NCBI RefSeq assembly: GCF_000237865.1
Contig: NC_017459.1
Location: forward strand, 780,001 to 812,000
DNA length: 32,000 bases
From: Haloquadratum walsbyi C23
Lineage (GTDB): Archaea > Halobacteriota > Halobacteria > Halobacteriales > Haloferacaceae
Direction of reading: 5' to 3'
Shown here: positions 7,962-17,754 of the stretch, piece after piece
Numbering within the stretch: the stretch's first letter is position 1
How the letters are laid out: every line of letters starts with the position of its first letter
Made by a program: the position numbers and the translations under genes
Notes under the pieces: model-generated
The model's database searches: none
What the model was told of the DNA's origin: nothing
What the model saw: the letters and a program-made list of their open reading frames with translations, nothing else

Positions 7962-8585
7962 ATGATTACCTTCCAGTCGCAACATGTCTCTTTGCGAGCT
8001 ATTATTGGAGTCGGCTCATTTTTACTCTCAGTTATTGCACTCCAAATCACACGCCAAACATCTGGATATCCAACACACACTCGCGTTCATTCGTGGCCAC
8101 GTCTTTTGATTACCCAATTCAGACGTGACATCAACAAAAGTGGTTCACTTCGATATGGCTGGGTGATTATTGGACTATGGTCTATCAGTGTTTCAGGATT
8201 ACATTTTGGCGGGCTATATTATGATATCTATACTACCGTGTCGTGGTGGGACCTTCTCACGCACTCACTGAGTGGCTTTGGTGTTGCAGCGGTTCTTGGA
8301 CTGACATTTCGATCATCAACCACAACAATCCCATATTGGGTCATTCCAGCCGTGCTTGCGATTGGAAGTGGATTTGAGGTATATGAATTCGTGTTCAAAA
8401 CGTTCTGGTATGACTGGACGTTTCGGTTTTATCTGATTGATACTGTTGTTGATCTCGTTGTTAATACCGCCGGTGCAGCGACCTTTGTGATTGCTGTTGG
8501 TTTTCTCAGAGAAACTAGTATGTTACAGGATTCAACGGATGATGCTTCAGTGACTCCCGAGCTATCTTCACGCCGAGATTCTTGA
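7962..8585 (+). CDS. Integral membrane protein of unknown function (about 5 predicted TM helices)
   Basis: 207-aa ORF with repeated hydrophobic segments (GWVIIGLWSISVSGLHFGG, LSGFGVAAVLGLTF, YWVIPAVLAIGSGFEVYEFVF, VVDLVVNTAGAATFVIAVGFL). TATA-like ACTTATTAG lies about 27 nt upstream. I did not recognise a family. Confidence 0.6.
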   Translation: MITFQSQHVSLRAIIGVGSFLLSVIALQITRQTSGYPTHTRVHSWPRLLITQFRRDINKSGSLRYGWVIIGLWSISVSGLHFGGLYYDIYTTVSWWDLLTHSLSGFGVAAVLGLTFRSSTTTIPYWVIPAVLAIGSGFEVYEFVFKTFWYDWTFRFYLIDTVVDLVVNTAGAATFVIAVGFLRETSMLQDSTDDASVTPELSSRRDS

Positions 8586-8610
8586 TCTCTGAGCGCTGGG
8601 AGCTTCTCTT

Positions 8611-10701
8611 TTATAACTGTGTATGCCCCTCGGCGAATATGTCAACGTCAACGCCAAGCGTCTCCGTGAGTGCATCTGCGGTTCCAAGCAACCATCGCGC
8701 TCGCTCAACATGTGATTCAATATCTCCAGGACCGACTCGATATCTTTCAACAATCTCATCGATTGTCACCCCATTACTCCATGCAGTGAGTATCTGTGCG
8801 AGTTTAATCGTGCAGAGCCATGATTCAAAATCATCAATCTCACTGAGATTCGTGACAAATGTATCCATATTGCTTGTTGCGAACCGATACAGATCAGCTC
8901 GTTCACGATTTCCTAGATATGTATCATGCATATCAGGCGTCCCGCATACGACCTCGAGCGCGGTTAAAACCGATATCTGCTCTGTCGGTATCGATGTAAT
9001 CGATTGGATTCCATCAACGAGTTCCGCACCTGTTGTTGGCTGAATATATTGTTGTGAAACAGTCTTACCCACTGCTGTCGCAGCAAGTGCTGTATTTGTT
9101 GTTTCTGTTGTGAGCAGTCCCATTTCGATAAGTTCAGCCACAACATCATCAATGACAGCGGTGAGATCTGCTGTCGACGATTGATGTGCAAAAAACGTTG
9201 AATCTAATACATCAAGCACTTGATTTTTTGAGTCAGCGAATCCAGCGACAATAAGTGCAAGAACGTGTGTTCTCAGTGCGTTGCGGGCTGTAAGTTGTGA
9301 TTCAATAGATTCGGGACCGGCATCAACATATCGACGCCATCTTGATTCTGTCCGGATACTTTTTTGCTCACCATCTGCGGATGTCTGTGCATCGCTTGAA
9401 TCGATTTTATTTGTTATATCGCCAATGAGGACTGCTTCTCCATATGGGTCAAGATGCGGTCGACCAGCGCGCCCACACATCTGATGTACTTCAAGAACGG
9501 GCAACCATGCCATCTTCTCCCCTGTATACCGTTTTAAATCTCGCACAACGACACGCCGCGCTGGGACATTTACTCCTGCAGCAAGCGTCGGGGTTGCACA
9601 AATCACGCGGAGGTCACGATTGCGAAACGCTGATTCAATGAGAATTCGATGATCGCTTCGAAGTCCAGCATGGTGAAATGCAACGCCAGCAGTTACTGCA
9701 TCTGCGAGTTGCTTTCCGGTTGGTGTCGTTCCAATGTCGCGTATATCCTCAGCAAGTTCTGGATTTGCCCCAAATCCCACATCAGCTAATTGCTTGGCGA
9801 GTGATGCTGCTTCTTGACGTGATCGGACAAATGCAAGACATTGTCCGCCTGAGATAACTGCATCGGCAACAAGCGAAATCGTCGCTTTTGTGTCAGCATC
9901 GGTCGATGTATCATCGCTTTCGGTAAGATCGGTTGCGGTTTCAGGCGGAGAGTCACTGTCTGCTGTTATTGGTAATCGATTTCCATCATCAAAGATGACC
10001 GTCTCATCGCTTGCATCATAGACACCTGTTCGTAGTGAGACCGGTCGCCATGTTGAGGAAACAAGTTCTGCATCTAGCCATGATGCAACTTCTTCTGGAT
10101 TATCAATTGTTGCTGAAAGGGCGACAACCTGCACACCTGATGCTCGTCGCTGTATTGTTGCAAGGGTTATCTCGAGTGTTGGACCACGATTGGCGCTTCC
10201 AAGGAGGTGGACCTCATCAACAACAACGCAAGCTAGTTTATCAACCCATGACGCGCCGTTTCGAATTGCAGAATCGACCTTTTCAGCTGTTGCAACCACA
10301 ACATCGGCGGTCTCTAGATCGTTTTCAGCCGCATCAAAGTCTCCGGTTGAGATTGCAGCGTCAATACCAGGGAGTGCAGTAAATGTCTCATATTTTTCTC
10401 GTGCAAGTGCTCTAAGCGGAACGATATATAACGCAGGTCCATCGGCTGTCAGCATTGCTAATTGCGCAATGAGCGTCTTTCCAGCGGCAGTTGGGATTGC
10501 AACAATGACGTTTTCTCCATCGACAACGCCTGCTTTTACTGCGGCTTCTTGCGGAGGATAAAGCTGCGTGATACCTGCATCATAATAATGTTCGCGAACG
10601 GCTGCGGACACCGGCAATTCATTGATGTCCAATGACACACTGTCGTTCAGGACTACGTGCACAAAAGTACGAGGCGTGTTTCTTACTTTATCGAAGTCCA
10701 C
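8611..10701 (-). CDS. hel308: Ski2-type (Hel308-like) ATP-dependent DNA helicase
   Basis: N-terminus GITQLYPPQEAAV...AIPTAAGKT (Q motif and Walker A), DEVH box (VVVDEVHLLGS..RGPTLE), motif VI QMCGRAGR, then C-terminal winged-helix/ratchet-length region. The start is uncertain: GTG at 10701, or TTG at 10632 giving MDINELPV. Confidence 0.8.
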   Translation of the reverse strand: MDFDKVRNTPRTFVHVVLNDSVSLDINELPVSAAVREHYYDAGITQLYPPQEAAVKAGVVDGENVIVAIPTAAGKTLIAQLAMLTADGPALYIVPLRALAREKYETFTALPGIDAAISTGDFDAAENDLETADVVVATAEKVDSAIRNGASWVDKLACVVVDEVHLLGSANRGPTLEITLATIQRRASGVQVVALSATIDNPEEVASWLDAELVSSTWRPVSLRTGVYDASDETVIFDDGNRLPITADSDSPPETATDLTESDDTSTDADTKATISLVADAVISGGQCLAFVRSRQEAASLAKQLADVGFGANPELAEDIRDIGTTPTGKQLADAVTAGVAFHHAGLRSDHRILIESAFRNRDLRVICATPTLAAGVNVPARRVVVRDLKRYTGEKMAWLPVLEVHQMCGRAGRPHLDPYGEAVLIGDITNKIDSSDAQTSADGEQKSIRTESRWRRYVDAGPESIESQLTARNALRTHVLALIVAGFADSKNQVLDVLDSTFFAHQSSTADLTAVIDDVVAELIEMGLLTTETTNTALAATAVGKTVSQQYIQPTTGAELVDGIQSITSIPTEQISVLTALEVVCGTPDMHDTYLGNRERADLYRFATSNMDTFVTNLSEIDDFESWLCTIKLAQILTAWSNGVTIDEIVERYRVGPGDIESHVERARWLLGTADALTETLGVDVDIFAEGHTQL

Positions 10702-10795
10702 CGACTGCGATTCTAAGAGACGATCACTCTGCCCTCAATATCAGAGAACACAATACATCACTGTGAACTTTACTCAGCAAGAATATGAGGGTAAA

Positions 10796-11944
10796 TTAGA
10801 TGTACTCATGTTCTGCAAGCCGTCCGACAGCCTCGCGAAGTCGGTCCTCACTCGCTGCATACGAAATTCGCGCATGTCCTGGAGAACCAAACGCTGAGCC
10901 AGGAACAGTTGCGACATGTGCATCTTCAATTGCACCACTGCACCACGCTTGATCATCATTATCAACGGGTAACATCATGTAGAACGCGCCATCACCGATT
11001 GGCACATCAACATCATGTGATTCGAATAGTTCTGCAAGCATATCTCGCCGTTCGCGGAACGCATCACGCATTTCAACAACAGCATCATCAGTATTTTCGA
11101 TAGCTTCAACACCGGCACGCTGGACGAAATTCACCGCACACGAGACAGAGTGTGAATGCAATTTTGCAGCCTGATCAATTAGTGCACTGGGTGCATGAAC
11201 ATATCCAAGTCGCCATCCAGTCATTGAGTATGCCTTCGAAAATCCATTGATCGTTATTGTTCGATCGCCCATTCCTGAAAGCGATGCCAAACTCGTCTGT
11301 TCGACTCCGTATGTGATCTTATCATATATCTCATCAGAAACAACGGTAATATCATATTCAACTGCGAGATCACGGACACCTTCAAGTGCAGCGTCAGTAT
11401 ATACCGCACCTGTTGGATTTGACGGCGAGTTAATCACGAGCAATTCGGTTTCTTCTGAGACGGCTGCTTCGAGATCATCAAGCCCCGGTTCAAGTTGGAA
11501 CGAATATGGTTCAAGATCAACGCGTGTTAATGACCCCCCAGCGAGTCTTGACATCGCTTCATATGAAACCCAAGCAGGATCAAGTAAGACGACTTCATCC
11601 CCATCATCAATTAATACCTGAAATGCTTCATATAATGCTTGCTTGCCACCAGGGGTTACGATGATTTCCTCATCAATAGCATCAATCCCACCCTCCCGAA
11701 GTCGTGCAGCAATCGCCTCTCGAAGTTCAGGGATCCCATTCGACGGAGTATATCCTGTGTGACCAGCATCCATTGCATCTTTCCCAGCCTCGACGACGTT
11801 TTGTGGTGTCGGGAAATCGGGCTCACCAACGGAGAGATCAACGACATCAACGCCATTTGCCTCCAGTTCGCTTGCTTTGTTACTAATCGCCAACGTTGCG
11901 CTCGGCTCGACCCGTTCAATACGGGATGCAAACTCGAAATTCAT
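10796..11944 (-). CDS. PLP-dependent aminotransferase, class I (aspartate aminotransferase-like)
   Basis: 382 aa. PLP-lysine motif NGFSKAYSMTGWRLGY and SPSNPTGAVY. The start ATG overlaps the ribH stop (ATGA). Confidence 0.85.
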   Translation of the reverse strand: MNFEFASRIERVEPSATLAISNKASELEANGVDVVDLSVGEPDFPTPQNVVEAGKDAMDAGHTGYTPSNGIPELREAIAARLREGGIDAIDEEIIVTPGGKQALYEAFQVLIDDGDEVVLLDPAWVSYEAMSRLAGGSLTRVDLEPYSFQLEPGLDDLEAAVSEETELLVINSPSNPTGAVYTDAALEGVRDLAVEYDITVVSDEIYDKITYGVEQTSLASLSGMGDRTITINGFSKAYSMTGWRLGYVHAPSALIDQAAKLHSHSVSCAVNFVQRAGVEAIENTDDAVVEMRDAFRERRDMLAELFESHDVDVPIGDGAFYMMLPVDNDDQAWCSGAIEDAHVATVPGSAFGSPGHARISYAASEDRLREAVGRLAEHEYI

Positions 11945-12417
11945 ACCAACATCTCCACCATATCGACGGCTGCGTTTACCGCTTCCGCACCTTTCTCGAT
12001 ACGTTCGCGTGCTTCCGCACCACTCTGTCCCGGACCAGAAACACCAAATGTGACTGGGATATCACGCTCAAGACTGACATCGGTCAATCTCTGTGCAACT
12101 GCGTCGCCAATCACTTGATCATGGTCGGTGTCACCGGTTACAATGGCTCCAATAACAGCAACAGCATCAATATCATCACGACGGGCTAATCGATCTGCGG
12201 CGAGAGGTGCATCGTACACACCTGGAATAGAGAGTGTTGTGTTAATCATTGCATCCCGGTCAGCCGCGGTTTCCTCTGCTGTTGTCTCCATCTCAGTCGT
12301 GACTGAGCTATTGAACTCAGCAACAACAAGCCCTAATCTAATTACTTCTGTTGTTTGATTCTCAACATCTGATTCAACGCGCATCCTCTCTCTTGAGATA
12401 TCTTCATCTTCGGTCAT
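11941..12417 (-). CDS. ribH: 6,7-dimethyl-8-ribityllumazine synthase (archaeal type)
   Basis: LGLVVAEFNSSVT...PGVYDAPLAA..DIDAVAVIGAIVTGDTDHDQVI...PVTFGVSGPG matches the archaeal RibH pattern. An alternative start at the internal Met (MRVESD...) is possible. Confidence 0.8.
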   Translation of the reverse strand: MTEDEDISRERMRVESDVENQTTEVIRLGLVVAEFNSSVTTEMETTAEETAADRDAMINTTLSIPGVYDAPLAADRLARRDDIDAVAVIGAIVTGDTDHDQVIGDAVAQRLTDVSLERDIPVTFGVSGPGQSGAEARERIEKGAEAVNAAVDMVEMLV

Positions 12418-12605
12418 AATTTGTATTTGTTGGTTGTATGATATATTGGCATTCGCACGCGTCAGTGTCTATTTTTTATTAGCTGATGTGTGCTTGTTCA
12501 TCAGTATAGTCGTTAATATCGTAGCAGTCCAAATTAGCTATCGATTGTCGCTCCTGTCGAGTGCAAACACAAGAATGTTAATCTCGTGACTTCGATAACG
12601 GGGTA

Positions 12606-14474
12606 ATGAGTCAAGATGAGGTCCCAGAGGGGGCTGAATCGATTTCGACCGGCGAAAGATCCCGACTACGAATACAGCTACGTACAGCTATTGAGTCACA
12701 TGTGTCCACTTTGCCGCTTCTTCAAACGATACGCACACAGCGGACACTTATCGGCGTTATCACCGTTACTCTCTTTGCACTTATACTGCGCCTGAGTGCG
12801 CTTGGCGGTCGGGTCTTTCACTGGGATGAAGGTCGCGTTGGTTACTGGATTCTTCGATATCATGAGACCGGGGTCCACACGTATCGACCGATTGTCCATG
12901 GTCCATTTATTCCAATTATCGATCGCTGGTTATTTGAAATCGCTCCAATCACCGATGCAACTGCGCGCCTTCCAGTTGCCCTTATCGGTGGACTGCTACC
13001 GCTTGCAGCACTCTTACTTCGTGACCGGCTCAGAGACATTGAGGTCGTATCACTCGCCGTCTTACTGGCAGTGAATCCGCTCATGATCTATTATTCCCGA
13101 TTTATGCGTAACGATGTTCTCGTTGCAGCATTTGCATTTATTGCTCTTGGGGCGGTTATCCGGGGGCTCGATACAGGTCAACTTCGATATAGCTTCGCTG
13201 CCGCAGCAGCGCTAGCCCTTGCATTTACTACAAAAGAGAATGCATTGCTCTATCCGATCTGTTACATTGGTGCTGCTGCTATCATACTCGATTGGCGTCT
13301 CATGCGAGCAGTAGCACGTGAAGAGTCACGCATAGAGATACTTCGTGAATGGAAGAAACAAATCTACACAGCGCTTACTGGACACGGGACAACGGCAAGG
13401 ACATCATTTGCCCGTGTTGGTTGCACACTTATCGGATCGGTTGTACTGTTTGTTACTGTATGTGCATTTTTTTATGCGCCACGTCCAGATCTTTGGCAAG
13501 CATTTGGTAATCCAGCCCGACTCCCAGATATATTAACTGCAGGGACCATCGGCGCAGTGGAGAAATTCATCGATACATGGGCAACCGGTGGGCGACAAGA
13601 TCATGCATATTTACCATATTTGTATGATCTCGTTGAAACGCTTATCTATGGTGCGCCAGCGCTTCTCTCATTTGGTCTTCTCGGCATCATAGCAAATCGA
13701 TATGCTGCTATCACCGACCGTCGCCGGTCATTAATTACATTTGGCACATACTGGGCAATTGCATCGCTCCTTGGATATCCGCTTGCGACTGATATTCAAG
13801 CACCGTGGGTTGCTGTCCACGTTGCTGTGCCACTTGCGATTCCAGCGGCGGTTGGACTCTCAGTTGTGATTGAGTCAGCACGTGATGCAATAGCAAAAAC
13901 AAATACTGACACGGTAACTGCTGGACTTGCGGTCCTTGTTGTGCTTGCAGCCGCTGGCGGTGTTGCAGGTGCAAATGCAACATACTTCAACAGCGCATCT
14001 GCAGATGATAAACAAATACTCCAGTGGGCTCAACCCGAGAATGATATCAAATCAACAATGCTGACCACCGGCGCTATTGCTGCAAGTAACACAGGAACCG
14101 ATGTTCTATTTATCGGGACGACTCCGCCAAGTGCATCTAATACTGACTTTTATGTGCAGAATCAGTCATCGGTTGCAACGGCACCACCTGGTGGTCCTGC
14201 ATGGCACAGTCGACTTCCACTTCCTTGGTATCTTGAACGTAGTAATGCGACAATTACGAGCACCGATCCTGATACTGACTTGCAAACAGCACTTTCAGAT
14301 CCCCCACCGGTCGTCATCAGCAAAGGTCATGATGAAGATGCAGTCTCAGCGATCTTAGAAGGATATACAGCCTCTGAATACAAATTCCGGCTCTGGGGTG
14401 AGACCGTTGTGATCTTTATTCATGATGAGACACGCTCGTCGCTCGCTGAACCCTCGTCTGTGTCATCAACATAG
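12606..14474 (+). CDS. Large polytopic GT-C/PMT_2-like membrane protein (resembles the archaeal TIGR03663 / Agl23-type family)
   Basis: 622 aa. N-terminal TM followed by FHWDEGRVGYWILRY...YRPIVHGPF, which I recall as characteristic of this archaeal family. Many TM helices, then a soluble C-terminal domain. The family assignment is from memory only. Confidence 0.7.
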   Translation: MSQDEVPEGAESISTGERSRLRIQLRTAIESHVSTLPLLQTIRTQRTLIGVITVTLFALILRLSALGGRVFHWDEGRVGYWILRYHETGVHTYRPIVHGPFIPIIDRWLFEIAPITDATARLPVALIGGLLPLAALLLRDRLRDIEVVSLAVLLAVNPLMIYYSRFMRNDVLVAAFAFIALGAVIRGLDTGQLRYSFAAAAALALAFTTKENALLYPICYIGAAAIILDWRLMRAVAREESRIEILREWKKQIYTALTGHGTTARTSFARVGCTLIGSVVLFVTVCAFFYAPRPDLWQAFGNPARLPDILTAGTIGAVEKFIDTWATGGRQDHAYLPYLYDLVETLIYGAPALLSFGLLGIIANRYAAITDRRRSLITFGTYWAIASLLGYPLATDIQAPWVAVHVAVPLAIPAAVGLSVVIESARDAIAKTNTDTVTAGLAVLVVLAAAGGVAGANATYFNSASADDKQILQWAQPENDIKSTMLTTGAIAASNTGTDVLFIGTTPPSASNTDFYVQNQSSVATAPPGGPAWHSRLPLPWYLERSNATITSTDPDTDLQTALSDPPPVVISKGHDEDAVSAILEGYTASEYKFRLWGETVVIFIHDETRSSLAEPSSVSST

Positions 14475-14569
14475 ACTCAACTGATGTCGATTGATACTGG
14501 CAAACAAATCGGTCTGCAAACTTCCATTGAAACTCAAGTTTTATTCCGACTGATTGGGTAGCGACGGTC

Positions 14570-15775
14570 GTGTCAGTTACTGTTCCTGGACCAACGCTTG
14601 GTGTCGTCGGTGGGGGGCAACTTGGTCGAATGCTTGCTGAAGCCGCTGCTCCGCTCGGTGTTGAGGTAATCGTTCTTGATCCAACACCAGATTGCCCTGC
14701 TGCTCCTGTGGCTCGCGATCACATTATTGGTGAATTTGACGATCCAGACGCTGTTTCCGACCTTGCTGCTCGTGTTGATGCAATGACGTTTGAAATCGAA
14801 CTGGCAGATGCTGATCTTCTATCGGACGCAATATCGACATTTGATGTGACAGTCAACCCAGCTCCCTCGACGCTAGCGATGATTGAGGACAAACTTATTC
14901 AAAAGCGAACACTCGATGATGCTGGGATTCCTGTTCCGTCTTTTCGACCCGTTGATACGGTCTCTGAACTCACAACAGCACTTGATATATTTGATGCTGT
15001 GATGTTAAAAGCCCGAACTGGGGGATATGATGGTCGTGGAAATGTGCCGGTTACTGACCCCGCGAACGCTGCAGATGCACTTGAGGCAGTTGGTGGCTCA
15101 GCCATGGCTGAACGGTTAATTGATTTCACACGTGAGCTTTCTGTGATTGCTGTCAAAGGGGATGAAACAGTACGAACATTTCCGCCAGGGGAGAATATAC
15201 ACGACGAAGAGATTCTTCGTGAAACTATTGTTCCCGCTCGTACCAGCGAGGAAGTTCGCAATCGTGCGAATGCGGTTGCCCGCGACGTACTCGAAACGTT
15301 GGATGGTCGCGGTGTTTTCGGTATTGAACTGTTTGAAACTGAAGCTGGTGATATTCTTGTCAATGAAATCGCTCCTCGACCACATAACTCCGGACACTGG
15401 ACAATCGAGGGTGCACATAGTTCACAATTTGAACAACATATTCGTGCTGTGTTAGGATGGCCACTCGGGTCGACAGCCCGTCGATCACCGACCGTGATGA
15501 CAAATATTCTCGGAACAGTCGATAACTCCCGTCCGGCAGCACTCACCGGTATTGAGCCGGCACTTACAGATGAACATATCTCGTTACATTGGTATGGAAA
15601 AGATGAGGTTCGCCCACTTCGTAAAATGGGTCATCTAACTCTTAGCGATGATACAATTTCGATAACCGACCCATCAACGAACCCAGACTCATTAACGATT
15701 CAATCACTGATTGAAAGAGCCCGACAGTGTCGTGAAGCAGTAGCGTTTATACAAACACCACCTGAGTCATCATAA
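14570..15775 (+). CDS. purK: N5-carboxyaminoimidazole ribonucleotide synthase (ATP-grasp)
   Basis: GVVGGGQLGRMLAEAA N-terminus and an ATP-grasp core (...GYDGRGN...ELSVIAV...NEIAPRPHNSGHWT). GTG start with TATA-like GTTTTATTCC about 27 nt upstream. Confidence 0.9.
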   Translation: MSVTVPGPTLGVVGGGQLGRMLAEAAAPLGVEVIVLDPTPDCPAAPVARDHIIGEFDDPDAVSDLAARVDAMTFEIELADADLLSDAISTFDVTVNPAPSTLAMIEDKLIQKRTLDDAGIPVPSFRPVDTVSELTTALDIFDAVMLKARTGGYDGRGNVPVTDPANAADALEAVGGSAMAERLIDFTRELSVIAVKGDETVRTFPPGENIHDEEILRETIVPARTSEEVRNRANAVARDVLETLDGRGVFGIELFETEAGDILVNEIAPRPHNSGHWTIEGAHSSQFEQHIRAVLGWPLGSTARRSPTVMTNILGTVDNSRPAALTGIEPALTDEHISLHWYGKDEVRPLRKMGHLTLSDDTISITDPSTNPDSLTIQSLIERARQCREAVAFIQTPPESS

Positions 15776-15778
15776 GCG

Positions 15779-16435
15779 ATGCCAGCGCATACACCAAATG
15801 AGCCAACAATACAGGCACTTCTTGATCGACTTCATACCCAAGCTGATACTGATCTGACCACAGCAGAAACACCTGATGTTGGGATTATCATGGGGTCTGA
15901 TTCAGACTTAGATACCATGGTCGGTGCTCATGAAGCACTTGACAAACTTGGGTTCGATGAACAGACTGAATTTATGACTTCACCGGATGCACGATTCACA
16001 TATGAGACATATGTTGTCTCCGCACACAGAACACCACAGGTATTGTATGCATACGGCGAAACAGCAGCCGACCGGGGGATTGATGTCATTATTGCCGGTG
16101 CCGGAGGGAAATCAGCTGACCTGCCGAACATGACTGCCTCAATTGCATATCCAATTCCTGTTATTGGCGTTCCTGTGCAGGAGAAATCCGTTGATTCTGT
16201 CATTGGCATGCCAACAGGTGCACCAATTGTTGCTGTTGATGCTGGGAAATCGCATAATGCAGCGCTCTCAGCCGCACAGATCCTCTCTCGTGAACATGAC
16301 GTGCTCAAAACACGACTTGAAGAGTACCATACAGCTCTCATCACCGACGTCGCAGCAGATTCATTCCGGATGCATGACGCTGGTGTTAATACCTTCCGTG
16401 CGAGTGATGGTGAATCAGGTACGTCCAATGACTAA
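15779..16435 (+). CDS. purE: N5-carboxyaminoimidazole ribonucleotide mutase (divergent PurE)
   Basis: GIIMGSDSD and SAHRTP motifs. Follows purK by 3 nt. Confidence 0.88.
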   Translation: MPAHTPNEPTIQALLDRLHTQADTDLTTAETPDVGIIMGSDSDLDTMVGAHEALDKLGFDEQTEFMTSPDARFTYETYVVSAHRTPQVLYAYGETAADRGIDVIIAGAGGKSADLPNMTASIAYPIPVIGVPVQEKSVDSVIGMPTGAPIVAVDAGKSHNAALSAAQILSREHDVLKTRLEEYHTALITDVAADSFRMHDAGVNTFRASDGESGTSND

Positions 16436-16593
16436 ACCGCCTTGGAGTCAAGCCCGGTAACATCTGTGTCGTAACTTTCTGAATTTATTTACTTTCTCAT
16501 CAATTCTTACGCATTCGTTTAGTCATTGATGTCTCATATCAGGTGAATAATTCAGATTCAGTCGGGGAGACACCAAAGAGTCATAAATCAATG

Positions 16594-16599
16594 TTTATA
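16594..16599 (+). promoter_or_regulatory. TATA-like box (TTTATA) about 26 nt upstream of the nuoA ATG, consistent with a leaderless nuo transcript
   Basis: Sequence AATGTTTATACCAAGG is centred about 26 nt before ATG 16622. The same spacing recurs upstream of trxA, purK, 7962, 28489 and 30336. Confidence 0.4.
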
Positions 16600-16621
16600 C
16601 CAAGGCATCGCTAATATCAGG

Positions 16622-17053
16622 ATGTCAGGAGAATACGGAATGAGTGAATGGATCGCAGTCGGTGCACTCGGACTTGTCGCTGTTGGCATCCCACTTGGGA
16701 TGATGGCTGTATCAGCGATCCTTCGTCCGACTGTCCCCGAACAAGGAAAGAGCGCTACGTATGAGAGCGGTGAGATTCCAACTGGATCAGCACGCGTTCA
16801 ATTTAATATCCAATATTACATGATTGCGCTGCTGTTTCTTGTATTTGATGTCGAAACTGTACTCATACTCCCGTGGACCGTTATCTATCGGCCCGCATTA
16901 GAAGCCGGCGCAGATCTTACCACGGTGTTGCTTCCAATGCTTGTGTTTATTGGTATCCTCATCGTCGGATTAGTCTGGGCATGGCGGAATGGCGCTGTTA
17001 AGTGGATCAAAAGTCCACTCGCAAACCGTCAAAAAACAGAACGAGATATATGA
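16622..17053 (+). CDS. nuoA: NADH-quinone oxidoreductase (complex I-like) subunit A
   Basis: Small 3-TM protein containing YESGE and FLVFDVE motifs. First gene of the cluster. An alternative ATG lies at 16640. Confidence 0.9.
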   Translation: MSGEYGMSEWIAVGALGLVAVGIPLGMMAVSAILRPTVPEQGKSATYESGEIPTGSARVQFNIQYYMIALLFLVFDVETVLILPWTVIYRPALEAGADLTTVLLPMLVFIGILIVGLVWAWRNGAVKWIKSPLANRQKTERDI

Positions 17054-17754
17054 GCAGCGAACAAGATAACGCATTTGTTACAGACGACACCCAGGTACAG
17101 ACCGATACTCGAGACGCCCGGATATCGGGTACTGATGAACGATTTAATTCGAAACTTCGTGAGGCATTCGGCTCCTCGCCGTTTATTCTCACGAAATTTG
17201 ACCAGTTTATGAACTGGGTCCGCGGGTCATCGATGTTTATGCTTCAGTTCGGCATTGCTTGCTGCAGTATCGAGATGATGCATACCTATGCAGTCAAACA
17301 CGATCTTGACCGCTTTGGCGCTGGCGTTCCGCGGGCATCCCCACGTCAAGCTGATGTTATCATAGTTCCCGGTACGATTGTCTCAAAATTCGCCCCTCGT
17401 ATGAAACGAGTGTATGACCAGATGCCTGAACCGAAGTTTGTGGTTGGAATGGGCTCTTGTACAGTCTCTGGTGGTCCGTTCCAAGAGGGCTACAATGTAA
17501 TTAAAGGCGCTGAGGAGGTCATCCCTGTTGATATTCACATTCCTGGTTGTCCTCCACGTCCGGAAGCACTTGTATATGGAATCGCGAAACTCCAAGAGCG
17601 AATTTCAAACGGCGAATCTGCACCAGTGACGGTCAAGCCATATGAACTCCAGCAGTTTGATGATCTCTCACAGGACGAGATTGTCTCACAACTGGCTGAG
17701 GAGATTGATGAAGATGACCTTGTGATGCGGTATGACTGGGCTGATTCATCATGA
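17050..17754 (+). CDS. nuoB: Complex I subunit B
   Basis: GIACCSIEMM, GSCTVSGGPF and PGCPPRPE motifs (N2 cluster ligands). I use ATG 17050, which overlaps the nuoA stop (ATGA), rather than the ORF-track start at 17002. Confidence 0.93.
   Translation: MSSEQDNAFVTDDTQVQTDTRDARISGTDERFNSKLREAFGSSPFILTKFDQFMNWVRGSSMFMLQFGIACCSIEMMHTYAVKHDLDRFGAGVPRASPRQADVIIVPGTIVSKFAPRMKRVYDQMPEPKFVVGMGSCTVSGGPFQEGYNVIKGAEEVIPVDIHIPGCPPRPEALVYGIAKLQERISNGESAPVTVKPYELQQFDDLSQDEIVSQLAEEIDEDDLVMRYDWADSS

Noticed and set aside
14899-16428. Long antisense ORFs opposite purK (14899..15546, 215 aa) and purE (15928..16428, 166 aa). Similar shadow ORFs lie opposite the helicase (10011..10561), nuoCD/nuoH (19303..19803), the ABC genes and TFB.
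   Set aside because: They are Arg/Ser/Cys-rich and basic, have no recognisable motifs, and lie fully inside well-supported genes on the other strand. These are typical shadow ORFs.
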